From sequence record SRR31156797_353: 57,505 bases of DNA. One strand, written 5' to 3'. Within the stretch, counting starts at the first letter, position 1. Each line of letters opens with the position of its first letter. Shown one piece after another: positions 1 to 10,287 of the stretch. The notes below the pieces were generated by a model that was given only the letters and a program-made list of their open reading frames with translations, was not told the origin of the DNA and did not search any database. The position numbers and the translations under genes are program-made.

Positions 1-36
1 TAAGTCCCTTGCGTCTACCAGTTCCGCCATCCAGGC
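1..36 (-). tRNA. tRNA-Leu (probably TAA anticodon), 5' half; runs off the window edge
   Basis: Reverse complement reads GCCTGGATGGCGGAACTGGTAGACGCAAGGGACTTA: acceptor arm, D-arm typical of tRNA-Leu and anticodon arm AGGGA-CT-TA..; the third anticodon base lies outside the window. Confidence 0.85.
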
Positions 37-46
37 ACAGTGCGCT

Positions 47-77
47 ATTATATACACAGCGGGGAAATATTTGTCAA
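47..77 (-). promoter_or_regulatory. sigma70-type promoter of the tRNA
   Basis: Minus strand has TTGACA (77-72), then TATATA/TATAAT 17/19 nt later, just upstream of the tRNA 5' end. Confidence 0.65.
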
Positions 78-196
78 ACCACAAATGAGACAAAGCCGCT
101 GAGGTTTCAGGAGTTTAACATAAAGAAAAAATGAAAATTGTATGCTATGCTCAAATAATTATCAGAGATTAAAAGTATTTTTACATTGGCCGACAG

Positions 197-1183
197 ATGC
201 GCAGAGCTCTTATCATAAGTAGTTTATTTTTAATGCTTCTTGTTGTTGGTACCATCGGCTATATGCTGCTCGAGAATACCAGCTTCTGGGGCGGTCTGTA
301 TCTAACCATTATTACCGTTTTCACGGTTGGCTACGGAGATATTGTCCCGATTCATCCTTCAGGAAAAGTTTTTACGGTATTCCTTGTTATCACCAGCGTC
401 AGTTTTGTGATGTATACGTTCAGCAAGATTACTGAAACCATGATTGAGGGAGAAATACGTGGATTGTACAGGAGAAGGAAAATGAAGCAACATGTTGCAC
501 GTCTTCAAGATCATTATCTGGTGTGTGGCTTTGGAAGAATTGGCAAGGAAATTTGTAAGATATTACAAGAAAACGAACGGCAATTTGTGGTTATCGATAA
601 CGATCCAGAGGTTGTCGTAGAAATAGAGGCGCTTAAGTATCTCGCCTTTGAGGGAGAAGCCGCTGATGATGATGTTCTGCTCACTGCTGGTATTAAAAAA
701 GCAAAGGGGTTGATCTCCGTGGTTCATACGGATGCCGATAACCTCTACATCACGCTGACGGCAAGAGGGCTTAATCCTGAGCTTTACATTTTAACACGTT
801 CAAGTGGTGCTGCCGGTGTGCAGACAAAGCTAATGCGGGCCGGAGCGTCAAAGGTTATCTCGCCTTATGCGATAGGGGCGAGGAGGATGGCGCACCTGGT
901 TGTGCGGCCAACGGTAACTGATTTTATAGATTTGACCATGCGTGCCGGAGAATTGGATCTGCTCATGGAAGAACTCAGGGTGAGTTCAAGCTCACCCTTG
1001 ATTGGTAAAAATCTGATAGAGTCTGAAATTAGAAAAAATTATGATGTGATTGTGGTTGCCATCAAAAGAGCAGATGGCACAATGCTCTTTAACCCGAAAC
1101 CTGCTACCTGTATCTATTCTGATGATATACTCATTGTTCTTGGCTCCTATGAAGATATTACAGGGTTAGGTAAGGAGCTTTGA
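197..1183 (+). CDS. Potassium channel protein (2-TM pore + TrkA-N/TrkA-C RCK domains)
   Basis: TVGYGD selectivity filter, CGFGRIG Rossmann motif, C-terminal RCK-C-like segment. Confidence 0.92.
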   Translation: MRRALIISSLFLMLLVVGTIGYMLLENTSFWGGLYLTIITVFTVGYGDIVPIHPSGKVFTVFLVITSVSFVMYTFSKITETMIEGEIRGLYRRRKMKQHVARLQDHYLVCGFGRIGKEICKILQENERQFVVIDNDPEVVVEIEALKYLAFEGEAADDDVLLTAGIKKAKGLISVVHTDADNLYITLTARGLNPELYILTRSSGAAGVQTKLMRAGASKVISPYAIGARRMAHLVVRPTVTDFIDLTMRAGELDLLMEELRVSSSSPLIGKNLIESEIRKNYDVIVVAIKRADGTMLFNPKPATCIYSDDILIVLGSYEDITGLGKEL

Positions 1184-2348
1184 CAATGGCGCACATTTCA
1201 CGAACAGCCTGATCCAGCCCTACCATCACAGCCCTGCTGATGACCGAATGACCAACACTGAGTTCTTCAATGGTTGGTAAAGCCGCTATGGGACCAGCAT
1301 TCCTGTAATCCAAACCATGGCCTGCATTAACCCGCAAGCCTGATTCAAAGGCAAGTTCCGCAGCGTGCTCAATCAGACGAAATTCCTGGCCCTGTTCTTT
1401 TTCGCTTTGCGCGTCGCAGTAACGGCCAGTATGCAATTCGACAAAGGTTGCACCTATTTCGGCTGATGCTTCCACTTGTTCTGCATCGGGATCGATGAAC
1501 AGTGAGACAGGTATCCCTGCTTTGTTCATTTTTGCGATTGTCTTTTTTGTTTTTTTGAGATTGCCCACAACATCAAGCCCGCCTTCTGTTGTTAATTCCT
1601 GTCTTTTTTCCGGAACCAGTGTGATCATATCTGGTTTTATTTCAAGGGCGATATCTATTATTTCGCTGGCTATCGCCATTTCAAGATTAAGTTTGGTTTT
1701 AATTGTCTGGCGGAGTAAACGAACGTCTCTGTCCTGGATGTGGCGTCTGTCTTCCCGCAAGTGGACCACTATTCCTTCTGCACCAGCGAGTTCACATATA
1801 CCGGCAGCGAGAACGGGATCTGGTTCGTTAATTCCACGGGCCTGACGTACAGTTGCAACATGGTCAACATTGATGGCAAGGTGCGGCATGGTATTTCTCC
1901 TGAATGTTTTAAGTTGCTGAAAAAGAAGCTTTTCTTTGTCCCACATCTCAATGGCTTCTTTTTCGGAACGTTCATGGTCATAACCGATGAGGTGAAGTAC
2001 CCCATGGATAATAAGTTCTGTTAATCGTTGATGGAGTGTTATCCCTTGTTTTTCAGCTTCTTTTTCCGCAGTCTCTACCGAAATAAGTATATCTCCGAGC
2101 TCATTAGGCGGCACCATGAAATGGCTATCAGTAGAATCTACAGGGAAAGAGAGGACATTGGTTGGACCCGTTTTGTTGCGATATTGAAGGTTATAATCTG
2201 CTATTTCAGGGTCACTCATAAACACGATGCTGAGTTGTACGTTTCTTAACTCCAGCAGAGAGAGGAGAGCAGCCGTACGTTGTTTAAGCAGAACCTGGTT
2301 AAGTTTGCCTGTGTCGATGGCAGAAGTGTAGGAAATGTTCATGGGCAT
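1158..2348 (-). CDS. ybeY-pdxJ: In-frame fusion of rRNA maturation endoribonuclease YbeY (aa 1-153) and pyridoxine 5'-phosphate synthase PdxJ (from M154, nt 1889)
   Basis: YbeY motifs [25 protein letters not shown]; PdxJ motifs [35 protein letters not shown]; no stop between them. Confidence 0.92.
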   Translation of the reverse strand: MPMNISYTSAIDTGKLNQVLLKQRTAALLSLLELRNVQLSIVFMSDPEIADYNLQYRNKTGPTNVLSFPVDSTDSHFMVPPNELGDILISVETAEKEAEKQGITLHQRLTELIIHGVLHLIGYDHERSEKEAIEMWDKEKLLFQQLKTFRRNTMPHLAINVDHVATVRQARGINEPDPVLAAGICELAGAEGIVVHLREDRRHIQDRDVRLLRQTIKTKLNLEMAIASEIIDIALEIKPDMITLVPEKRQELTTEGGLDVVGNLKKTKKTIAKMNKAGIPVSLFIDPDAEQVEASAEIGATFVELHTGRYCDAQSEKEQGQEFRLIEHAAELAFESGLRVNAGHGLDYRNAGPIAALPTIEELSVGHSVISRAVMVGLDQAVREMCAIVKAPYLTL

Positions 2349-2375
2349 ACACTGATAGCAGCTGTGATGGGTTAA

Positions 2376-3344
2376 CTATTGTTGTGGCGTTGATTGCTTT
2401 TCGTAAGCATGGATTATTTCCTGAACCAGGGGATGACGTACTACATCGGATTTGGAAAAGTGAGTGAATCCAATCCCCTGGATATTGTTTAAAATCCGTT
2501 TTGCCTCAACAAGGCCTGAGTGTTGATTGCCAGGCAGATCGATTTGGGTTACGTCACCAGTAATTACGGCTTGTGAGTCAAACCCTATCCTGGTCAGGAA
2601 CATTTTCATCTGTTCTCTTGTCGTATTTTGGGCCTCATCAAGGATAATAAAAGCATTGTTCAGGGTGCGCCCGCGCATGAACGCCAAAGGGGCGATTTCT
2701 ATGACTCCGCGCTCTATTAATTCCTGGGCCTTTGTCTGGCCCAGCATATCGTTTATTGCATCTGTCAGAGGGCGAAGGTAAGGATCTACTTTCTGGGCCA
2801 AGTCACCCGGAAGAAAACCGAGTTTTTCCCCGGCTTCTACAGCTGGCCGGGTGAGGATAATGGTGTCGACTTGTTCACTGGTCAAGGCTGAAACGGCCAT
2901 GGCAACAGCTAGATATGTCTTTCCAGTGCCTGCTGGACCAATGCCAAAGACAATGTCATTGTTACGGATTTTTTCGATGTAGCGCTTTTGGTTAACGGAT
3001 TTGGGAGAGATAACCCGCTTGCGGGAGGTGATATACACCTTATCTAAAAAAATCTCTTCCAGTGTTGTTTTTGGCGAGGATTCGAGGATCTTCACCCCAA
3101 AAGCGATATCTTGGGTGAAAACCGGGTAGCCTTTCTGGATAAGAGTGTACAACTGTTTCAGGGTTGACTCGGCTATACCTACGGCATGGTTTCTCCCTTC
3201 GAGCTGAACATGATTACCCCGAACATGAATGCTTACCCCGGTTGCCTGTTCAACGGTTTGTAGGTTTTTGTTAAATTCACCAAAGAGGATCTGTGCGGTG
3301 GTGTTGTCCAAGAGCTCAAGATCCTTTGTGATCGTTGAGTTCAT
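2376..3344 (-). CDS. phoH: PhoH-like ATPase (YbeZ family)
   Basis: GPAGTGKT, TRPAVEAGEKLGFLPG, AFMRGRT, DEAQN motifs; likely start ATG 3344 (ORF open to 3374). Confidence 0.93.
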   Translation of the reverse strand: MNSTITKDLELLDNTTAQILFGEFNKNLQTVEQATGVSIHVRGNHVQLEGRNHAVGIAESTLKQLYTLIQKGYPVFTQDIAFGVKILESSPKTTLEEIFLDKVYITSRKRVISPKSVNQKRYIEKIRNNDIVFGIGPAGTGKTYLAVAMAVSALTSEQVDTIILTRPAVEAGEKLGFLPGDLAQKVDPYLRPLTDAINDMLGQTKAQELIERGVIEIAPLAFMRGRTLNNAFIILDEAQNTTREQMKMFLTRIGFDSQAVITGDVTQIDLPGNQHSGLVEAKRILNNIQGIGFTHFSKSDVVRHPLVQEIIHAYEKQSTPQQ

Positions 3345-3363
3345 GTCTGTTCCATTTTTAAGC

Positions 3364-4227
3364 TTATTTCGCACTGCTGTTCACCAGTGCCTGGTCAACC
3401 ATTGCCTGAAGATCTTTAAACGATCGGCTTTTTGCCCGCACACCATTGATAAAAAGGGTGGGAGTACCTGTTATCTCTGATTTCTGAGCGTCAAACATGT
3501 CTTTGGTAAGTTGCTGGCGAGTAGCAGCTGCATCTTTGTCTTTTTTAAATTCTTCCATGTTGAGGCCAATTTTTTGGGCGGACGCTTCAATAGTTTGCGG
3601 AGATAATTTTTCAGTCTTGAAAAGTTCATCATGCATTTCCCAGAATTTGCCTTGTTTCTGAGCAGCAATAGCAGCTAAAGCTGCTATTTCAGCCTGGGGG
3701 TGCATACGGAGAGGTAAATGTTTAAATGCGACTTTTAATGTTTCAGGATTAGCTTTGAGGAGCTTATCGAGGATTGGTTTTACTTTGCTGCAATAAGGGC
3801 ATTCAAAGTCAGAAAATTCAACCAGGGTGACCGGTGCCTCAGGGTTGCCTAGAATAGGGGCTGTGCTTACGTCGATATTTTGGGTAAAGCTTATATCCAG
3901 AGCGGTAAAACTGCGATCGGCTTTGTTTAGCAGGTATAGAATTTCACCACGAGGGGCGATGTCAATATCTATAATATCTGCAGATACAGGTAAGGCTCCC
4001 AACTCTTTTCCATTAGCGTTAAATATATGGACTTTTGCGTCTGTACCAAGAACAAAGGTTTTTTTATTGTCAAGAGACTGGACAAAGGCAACCGGAGCGA
4101 CATTCATTTTCCAGCTTTTTTGAGTTGACCAGTTAAGAGCACCTGAACTGTTCATAACATTTGTTTCAGCGGCATGAAGCGCAGCGGGAAGGGTCAGCAG
4201 GGTACAGAAAGCAAGTGTTTTCAGCAT
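3364..4227 (-). CDS. Exported DsbA/thioredoxin-like thiol-disulfide oxidoreductase with an extra N-terminal domain
   Basis: Signal peptide, EFSDFECPYC active site, cis-Pro motif GTPTLFING. Confidence 0.88.
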   Translation of the reverse strand: MLKTLAFCTLLTLPAALHAAETNVMNSSGALNWSTQKSWKMNVAPVAFVQSLDNKKTFVLGTDAKVHIFNANGKELGALPVSADIIDIDIAPRGEILYLLNKADRSFTALDISFTQNIDVSTAPILGNPEAPVTLVEFSDFECPYCSKVKPILDKLLKANPETLKVAFKHLPLRMHPQAEIAALAAIAAQKQGKFWEMHDELFKTEKLSPQTIEASAQKIGLNMEEFKKDKDAAATRQQLTKDMFDAQKSEITGTPTLFINGVRAKSRSFKDLQAMVDQALVNSSAK

Positions 4228-4471
4228 TTAAATTGTTCCTTATAAAATGAGAAAAGGCCTTAAGAGGCCTGGGATTTTAAAATATTAGTTTAGATACTGG
4301 CACTATAATGAACGTTGCCTGAATTAGCAAGCTGCATGGATGTCTCAATGCAGGCAATGAAGGATACAGGTTGACGTATCTGTTTAACTTAGAATATCTT
4401 ATCCTGTCTTTTGGATGGAGCAAAAGATGTCTATGCATCACTATTTGAAAACATTTATAGGAGGTCTCTCT

Positions 4472-4888
4472 TTGAAATATTTTTCTACTATTGCTTTGGG
4501 GTTAGTTATTCTCGGCTTACTGTCAGGGTGTGCGACCACCACAGCCCCCACAGAAAGTTCTACTAAAACGTTTGATAAAACAACCAACGCAACCCTCGAT
4601 GCTACCTCGAGTACCAGTCCTGGTTCATCAGGAAGCAGCAGTGCCGGGGTTGAGGCGTTTACCCGGGAGAATTTCATTGCGATCAAGGGAGAAATGGCTG
4701 CTGGCGAGGGCGAACATCTTGCTGCCCTCGGCGGTTTGTTACATGTTCCGGCAAATGAAGAGGAGAACTTTTTTATGGTCACCCAAAAGACTTATGATCA
4801 GCTTTATCCCTCACCTTCTACAACCCCCCGGCAGATGCTTGTCACACTTAATGATAAACTGAGCGCAGCAGATATAACCTACCAGTAG
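4472..4888 (+). CDS. DUF3015-like lipoprotein
   Basis: GGAGG RBS before TTG at 4472 gives MKYFSTIALGLVILGLLSG-C (lipobox); EMAAGEGEHLAAL resembles DUF3015. Confidence 0.7.
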   Translation: MKYFSTIALGLVILGLLSGCATTTAPTESSTKTFDKTTNATLDATSSTSPGSSGSSSAGVEAFTRENFIAIKGEMAAGEGEHLAALGGLLHVPANEEENFFMVTQKTYDQLYPSPSTTPRQMLVTLNDKLSAADITYQ

Positions 4889-4914
4889 GCATTTTCGTTT
4901 TTTTTATCAAAGTA

Positions 4915-6891
4915 ATGATCGGCAAGAAGGAGAGGTTAAGAGGTACTGTGTACAGGAAGCTACCTCTCTTTCTTTTGCTGTTTCCCCTGTTTTCTTTCCC
5001 CGTATCAGAAAATGCCCACAGTGCTCAATCGTCTCTGGATAAATTGCGTCAACGTGCTGCCCAGATGGAGCTGTGGCACTCCCCAGCATGGTTGCGGCTG
5101 TTGCACTATGAACAAGAGACCCCTTTCAGTAAAGCTGGGAGCCGTATAGACAGCGGCTCTTTTTTTCTTTCTCCAACAGGTAGATACGATCCGGTTGCAG
5201 AAGGAGAAGCTTCACTTACCCAGCTCTTTGGCAGAAATGTCGGTAATGCTGAAGACAGAGAAAAAGACAAGCGTTGTCAATATCCAGCTCGTTACCATTT
5301 TCTCAAAACAAAACTTGCTGGAGAGGCAGCCACTTTTTCAGAACCCGAACCACAATGCGAACAGCTCGGTCTGTGGCTGGCAGGGATGAAGCCCTCAGGC
5401 GTAACCCTTGTGTTTCCTGTCTCCTATCTTAATAATCCTGCTTCCATGTTCGGGCACACGCTTTTGCGGATAGATTCGGACGAGTTTTCTCCAACTTATC
5501 CTTTATTGACAGCCAGTGTCGGCTTTGCTGCAATAACCGAACAAGAACATGGTATGAGTTATGCTGCAAAGGGGATTTTCGGCGGGTATACCGGCGCTTT
5601 TACAGCAGAACCCTATTATATTCAGGCAAATAGATACGGACAGCTGGAAAATCGCGATATATGGGAGTATCCCCTTGATCTCAGGGCCGATGAAACGCGA
5701 TATCTCCTGCTCCATGTCTGGGAACTCCGTAATGCTGGCTTTTCCTATTATTTTTTTGACGAAAATTGTTCTTTTCAGTTGCTGGCACTTCTTGAGGCTG
5801 TACGGCCTGCCTTGGATTTAACAGACTCAGCGTATCGTTTTTGGACTGTTCCGGTTGATACTGTAAGGGATATCGTCGGGAGTGCTGGTAAACCTGGACA
5901 AGCTGCCTTCCGGCCGAGTTTAAGGACAAAGCTTGAGTTACGTGCAGCTGCAATGGATGTGTCACTTGTTAGTTTAGCCAAAGAGATGGCTATTGGCAAG
6001 GTTGCCGTTACCGATTTGTGCGTTTATAACCTGAGTGCATTGGATACGGCACAGTTACTCGAATTTGCCCACCTCTATTATCAATACGCAGTGGCTGTTG
6101 GCATGATAAATGAGGAAGAAGTCCGTGATGATCGCCTTCATCTCATAGACACATTACGCAGCACCATAGAGATACCTGTGCCATCTCCTTCTGTTACTAT
6201 TCCAGGTGTACGTCCTGATCAGGGCCATGCAGTCAGCCGTCTCAATTTGGATATTGGCAGTTATGGGCAGCAGGCCTACCTTCAGCTCGGTATTCGGCCT
6301 GTATTTCATGATGTTTTTGATCCTCTTGATGGGTTTGAAAAGGGGGTACAGATAGAGGCCCTGTATCCACAGTTTCGTTTTTACCCAGAGACGGAAAGGT
6401 TCCAGCTCGAATCATTTGATTTACTTAATATCCTTTCAGCCGCTCCGGCAACAACAGCGGCTGCACCCCTTGCCTGGAAAACAAACATTGCGCTGCAGCG
6501 GTTGAGGATTGGAGAAAGTAAACGGAAATTAGCCCTCACGGGTGAAGTAGGTTTTGGTTTTAGTCGTGATTTGACTAAGGATACCCTGTTGTACGGTTTG
6601 GCGGGGGGAACCGTATTTGTTTCGGATCGATTAGAGTATATTCTGGATGCTGGGCCTGCCGTATTTGCTGGCATTATAGCTAACGTTCATAAAGAATGGA
6701 CCTTCGGACTCACAGGGCAGGTGTCGTATATGGTTTTGGATAACCAGGAAACGCTGTATGATTTTTCAGCTGTACAAAGCTTTCACTGGTTACATGATAG
6801 TGCTCTACAGATAAAAGCAGGAATGAAAAATGAATTATCACAACTGGAATTCTATGCATCTTTTACCTGGCACAAATTTTTTCGTTTTTAA
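4915..6891 (+). CDS. DUF4105 (Lnb N-terminal/NlpC-P60-like) domain protein with a C-terminal beta-rich region
   Basis: WLRLLHY, LNNPASMFGHTLLRID, ENRDIWEYPL, YYFFDENCS motifs; aromatic C-terminus. Confidence 0.82.
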   Translation: MIGKKERLRGTVYRKLPLFLLLFPLFSFPVSENAHSAQSSLDKLRQRAAQMELWHSPAWLRLLHYEQETPFSKAGSRIDSGSFFLSPTGRYDPVAEGEASLTQLFGRNVGNAEDREKDKRCQYPARYHFLKTKLAGEAATFSEPEPQCEQLGLWLAGMKPSGVTLVFPVSYLNNPASMFGHTLLRIDSDEFSPTYPLLTASVGFAAITEQEHGMSYAAKGIFGGYTGAFTAEPYYIQANRYGQLENRDIWEYPLDLRADETRYLLLHVWELRNAGFSYYFFDENCSFQLLALLEAVRPALDLTDSAYRFWTVPVDTVRDIVGSAGKPGQAAFRPSLRTKLELRAAAMDVSLVSLAKEMAIGKVAVTDLCVYNLSALDTAQLLEFAHLYYQYAVAVGMINEEEVRDDRLHLIDTLRSTIEIPVPSPSVTIPGVRPDQGHAVSRLNLDIGSYGQQAYLQLGIRPVFHDVFDPLDGFEKGVQIEALYPQFRFYPETERFQLESFDLLNILSAAPATTAAAPLAWKTNIALQRLRIGESKRKLALTGEVGFGFSRDLTKDTLLYGLAGGTVFVSDRLEYILDAGPAVFAGIIANVHKEWTFGLTGQVSYMVLDNQETLYDFSAVQSFHWLHDSALQIKAGMKNELSQLEFYASFTWHKFFRF

Positions 6892-7003
6892 CCGCACTTT
6901 TTTTGTTGCTTTTTGTACTTTCCATTTTTTCCTAAATAGTAAATAATCGCCCGCTGACCTGAACCTGTTGAAAATGTGAGGCTTTTTCGGGTCAGTGGTA
7001 AAA

Positions 7004-7051
7004 ACACAATATATAGTGCGCTTTCTTCTTGATGTGTCCTATATGTTGTGA
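7004..7051 (+). promoter_or_regulatory. Tandem NrdR boxes
   Basis: acacaatatatagtgc (7004-7019) and gtcctatatgttgtga (7036-7051) match acaCwAtATaTwGtg, 32 bp apart, upstream of nrdJ. Confidence 0.85.
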
Positions 7052-7398
7052 TAATCTTGCCAGCAGTCAAGTGGGGATTGGTTGGTTTTTCTCCCTGTTT
7101 GTAGGATGTTACTTTCGAGTCAGGCTTTATTCTTCGATATATTAAGGGCAAAGTAAAACATGCGTACCCGTGCTGCTCGAAGGTTATTAATTATAAGTAT
7201 TCGCATTACCAGATAGCAGATTTTTCCAGCACAGATTCCCGATTTAAATTTTTTTATTTGTTGTACTGATTGAGTTGTACTTGTCAGTTTGCTCGGAGCC
7301 CGACTGCTTGCGTTGTTTTGTTTGCTGGTAAGCGATTTTTTTATTTGTGCACTACTTATTCAAAGTAAGAAAAGAACCTTTTTGAGAGAGGGGAATAT

Positions 7399-9570
7399 AT
7401 GTCCAAAGATATGCCTAGACACCGTTTAACTGAAACCGCTGAAACTGTATTAAATCGTCGTTACTATTTAAAGGATGAGCAGGGAAATCCCATTGAAAAC
7501 TGGGAAACGCTTTGCCGCCGTGTCGCTAATGCCGTAGCTGTGGTGGATCAGGATCTGGATGACTATGAGCGTATCCGTGATGAATTCTTCAGTATGATCT
7601 ACGACCTCGACTTTCTGCCCAACTCGCCCTGTCTTATGAATGCTGGGACGGACCTGGGGCAGCTCTCTGCCTGTTTTGTGCTGCCAGTGGAAGATTCAAT
7701 GGACGGCATCTTCACCTCTATTCGTAACGGAGCGCTTGTTCATAAAACAGGCGGCGGTACAGGATATTCTTTTTCCAGGCTTCGGCCTAAGAATTCAGCT
7801 GTTCGCTCAACCCAAGGGGTTGCATCAGGGCCTTTAAGCTTTGCGGCTGTTTTTGATGCTGCCACCGAAACAATTAAGCAGGGGGGCAAACGGCGTGGGG
7901 CGAATATGGGGGTGTTACGGGTCGATCATCCTGATATACTCGAGTTTATTTCCGCCAAGGAAGACCAGGAAAAGTATACCAACTTTAATTTCAGCGTGGC
8001 TATTACAGATCAGTTCATGCGCGCAGTAAAAGAAGATCAAGAGTATAGCCTTGTAGATCCTTCGAACGGTGATGTGGTTAAAAGTTTACGTGCCTTGGAT
8101 GTCTTTAATAAGATTATTGACCTTGCCTGGCATAATGGTGAGCCTGGCGTTTTGTTTATTGATGCTGCTAACCGTGATAATGCAACTCCCCAGTTAGGAG
8201 ATTTCGAGGCCACTAATCCATGTGGTGAGCAGTGGTTGCTGCCTTACGAATCCTGTAACCTTGGTTCCATTAACCTTGGACAGTTTGTTGTTGACGGCAA
8301 TGTTAACTATAAACGCCTGGAAAAGACCGTACATCTGGCAGTCCGATTTCTCGATAATGTCATTGACTGCAACCGGTTTCCGATCCCGGAAATTGCAGAA
8401 ATGACGCAGAAAACACGAAAAGTAGGATTGGGTATTATGGGACTGCACGATATGTTGATTCAGTTGAAGCTCCCTTATGGTACCGAAGAGGGGCGCACCT
8501 GCTCAGCTGATGTAATGTCGTTTATACGTAAAGAGGCAGAATTGGCATCCATTGGTCTTGCAGAGATAAAAGGACCTTTCCCAGCTTACGATGCGGAGGT
8601 CAATACGTATCCCGCTCGTAGAAATGCCGCGTTAACATCTATCCAGCCGACCGGAACCGTCTCGATGATCGCCGATTGTGCGTCTGGCTGTGAGCCTTAT
8701 TTTTCTATTGTTATGGAAAAAAATGTCATGGATGGTGACAAGCTGCTCATGGTGAATAAGCATTTTGAAAACGTGGCCAAGAGAGAAGGGTTTTACTCTT
8801 CTGATTTGTTGGAGGACGTTGCCAGGGACGGTTCTGTTATAGATAATGAGCGTATTCCCGAGCAGTGGCAGGAAATTTTTAGGACAGCACAGGATATTTC
8901 TCCGGAGAAACATATCCGCATGCAGGGCATACTTCAGCAAAATGGGGTGGATTCTTCCATCAGTAAGACCATTAACCTGCCTTCGTCTGCGACCCTGGAG
9001 GATGTGCGCACCTCATATCTGCTTGGCTATGAATTGGAGTGTAAAGGACTGACTGTTTACAGAGACGGATCCCGTGATCACCAGGTATTGAACACGACCA
9101 CCACTAGTGATGAAAAAAGCGCGGTAGTCTCTTCAGCTGGGGTGGTAAGAAAGACAACCCTCCCCGATATGCTCAGTGCAAAACGATATCGCTTAAAAGA
9201 TATTAATGAAAACACCATCTATTTGATTGTCTGTTTTGATGAAAATGAAAACCCGATGGAAGTTTTTGCTAAATTCCCTTTTGATAACCGGGTTGATCTC
9301 AAGGATAAATCAACAATGTGGACCACGACCTGTCGTTTGGTTTCCCTAGCTCTTCGCTATCAAATTCCAATGGATGAGATCATCAAACAACTTGATCGCT
9401 CCAGCGGGCATATGCTTGATTTGCCAGCACAGCTTGGCAAGTTGCTGAAATCTTTCATGGCAGGAACTCATCACGGGTTTGCCTCCATCTGCCCCGAATG
9501 TAAAGGAAAACTGGTGTTTGAGGAAGGATGTGAAATTTGTCATGACTGTGGATATTCGAAGTGTTCGTGA
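7399..9570 (+). CDS. nrdJ: Class II (adenosylcobalamin-dependent) ribonucleotide reductase with C-terminal TSCPD-like domain and Zn ribbon
   Basis: PNSPCLMNAG, LSACFV, ATNPCGEQ, ESCNLGS, PTGTVS, TVYRDGSR, CPEC..CHDCGYSKCS. Confidence 0.95.
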   Translation: MSKDMPRHRLTETAETVLNRRYYLKDEQGNPIENWETLCRRVANAVAVVDQDLDDYERIRDEFFSMIYDLDFLPNSPCLMNAGTDLGQLSACFVLPVEDSMDGIFTSIRNGALVHKTGGGTGYSFSRLRPKNSAVRSTQGVASGPLSFAAVFDAATETIKQGGKRRGANMGVLRVDHPDILEFISAKEDQEKYTNFNFSVAITDQFMRAVKEDQEYSLVDPSNGDVVKSLRALDVFNKIIDLAWHNGEPGVLFIDAANRDNATPQLGDFEATNPCGEQWLLPYESCNLGSINLGQFVVDGNVNYKRLEKTVHLAVRFLDNVIDCNRFPIPEIAEMTQKTRKVGLGIMGLHDMLIQLKLPYGTEEGRTCSADVMSFIRKEAELASIGLAEIKGPFPAYDAEVNTYPARRNAALTSIQPTGTVSMIADCASGCEPYFSIVMEKNVMDGDKLLMVNKHFENVAKREGFYSSDLLEDVARDGSVIDNERIPEQWQEIFRTAQDISPEKHIRMQGILQQNGVDSSISKTINLPSSATLEDVRTSYLLGYELECKGLTVYRDGSRDHQVLNTTTTSDEKSAVVSSAGVVRKTTLPDMLSAKRYRLKDINENTIYLIVCFDENENPMEVFAKFPFDNRVDLKDKSTMWTTTCRLVSLALRYQIPMDEIIKQLDRSSGHMLDLPAQLGKLLKSFMAGTHHGFASICPECKGKLVFEEGCEICHDCGYSKCS

Positions 9571-9770
9571 CGGGATAAAGGTTGAAGAGACCAGTTTCTC
9601 CCCATAATAGGCATCTGGCAACAAGATACGTCTATTTTGCCTGTTGCTTGCTGGACTGTAATCTGTTAAGTGCTCTTAAGGATTGAAAAATATATCAGGA
9701 GACTGCCAGTACTGTATGTCATTCGGGTATTTGTTGAGAGTGTCGTTAAAAAGAGCAAGGGCTAAATACA

Positions 9771-10271
9771 ATGGGCAAGATCGGAAGGAATCAACCCTGT
9801 CCATGCGGGTCAGGGAAAAAACACAAGCATTGCTGTCTTACTGCACAGCAGGTGGAGCGGCAAACTGTCAAGGAAGATCAGATAAAGGTCACCTTGATGA
9901 ATGCTATTGCGAAGATACAGCGGGCAGCGGAGAAGAAAAAAGAGGAATTTTTTGAACTCGGTGTGTTTCTTTTCTTCAGTAGCGCCAAAGGTGATGCCTG
10001 GTTGCTGGAAGTAACCGACTCAGATGCTGTGCAGGTTGCCCGCGATGGGGAAGCACTTGAAGCCCCCATAGAAGAAAATAGTGAGACGATTGAGATTAAT
10101 TGGAGCCATATTTATAGCCTGCGCGATAAAAAGCTCTTTCTAACATCCTATGCAGACAAAGTGGAAACGGAGCTGGATGGTGCTCCGACCCAACAAATTA
10201 ATGCAGCCATGAGAAGGGTGAAGAAGCGGTATTCGCAGGATTTACTGGATCAGGTGCATATTGCCCAGTAA
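9771..10271 (+). CDS. SEC-C motif (Zn-binding) protein
   Basis: N-terminal KIGRNQPCPCGSGKKHKHCC. Confidence 0.85.
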   Translation: MGKIGRNQPCPCGSGKKHKHCCLTAQQVERQTVKEDQIKVTLMNAIAKIQRAAEKKKEEFFELGVFLFFSSAKGDAWLLEVTDSDAVQVARDGEALEAPIEENSETIEINWSHIYSLRDKKLFLTSYADKVETELDGAPTQQINAAMRRVKKRYSQDLLDQVHIAQ

Positions 10272-10287
10272 ACGAGGAGCCTGCAGT

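Noticed and set aside
1-200. tRNA-anchored genomic island
   Set aside because: The tRNA 3' end points out of the window, and the adjacent genes are housekeeping with no integrase.
7052-7398. Cobalamin riboswitch upstream of nrdJ
   Set aside because: No recognisable B12-box or other conserved cobalamin riboswitch elements.
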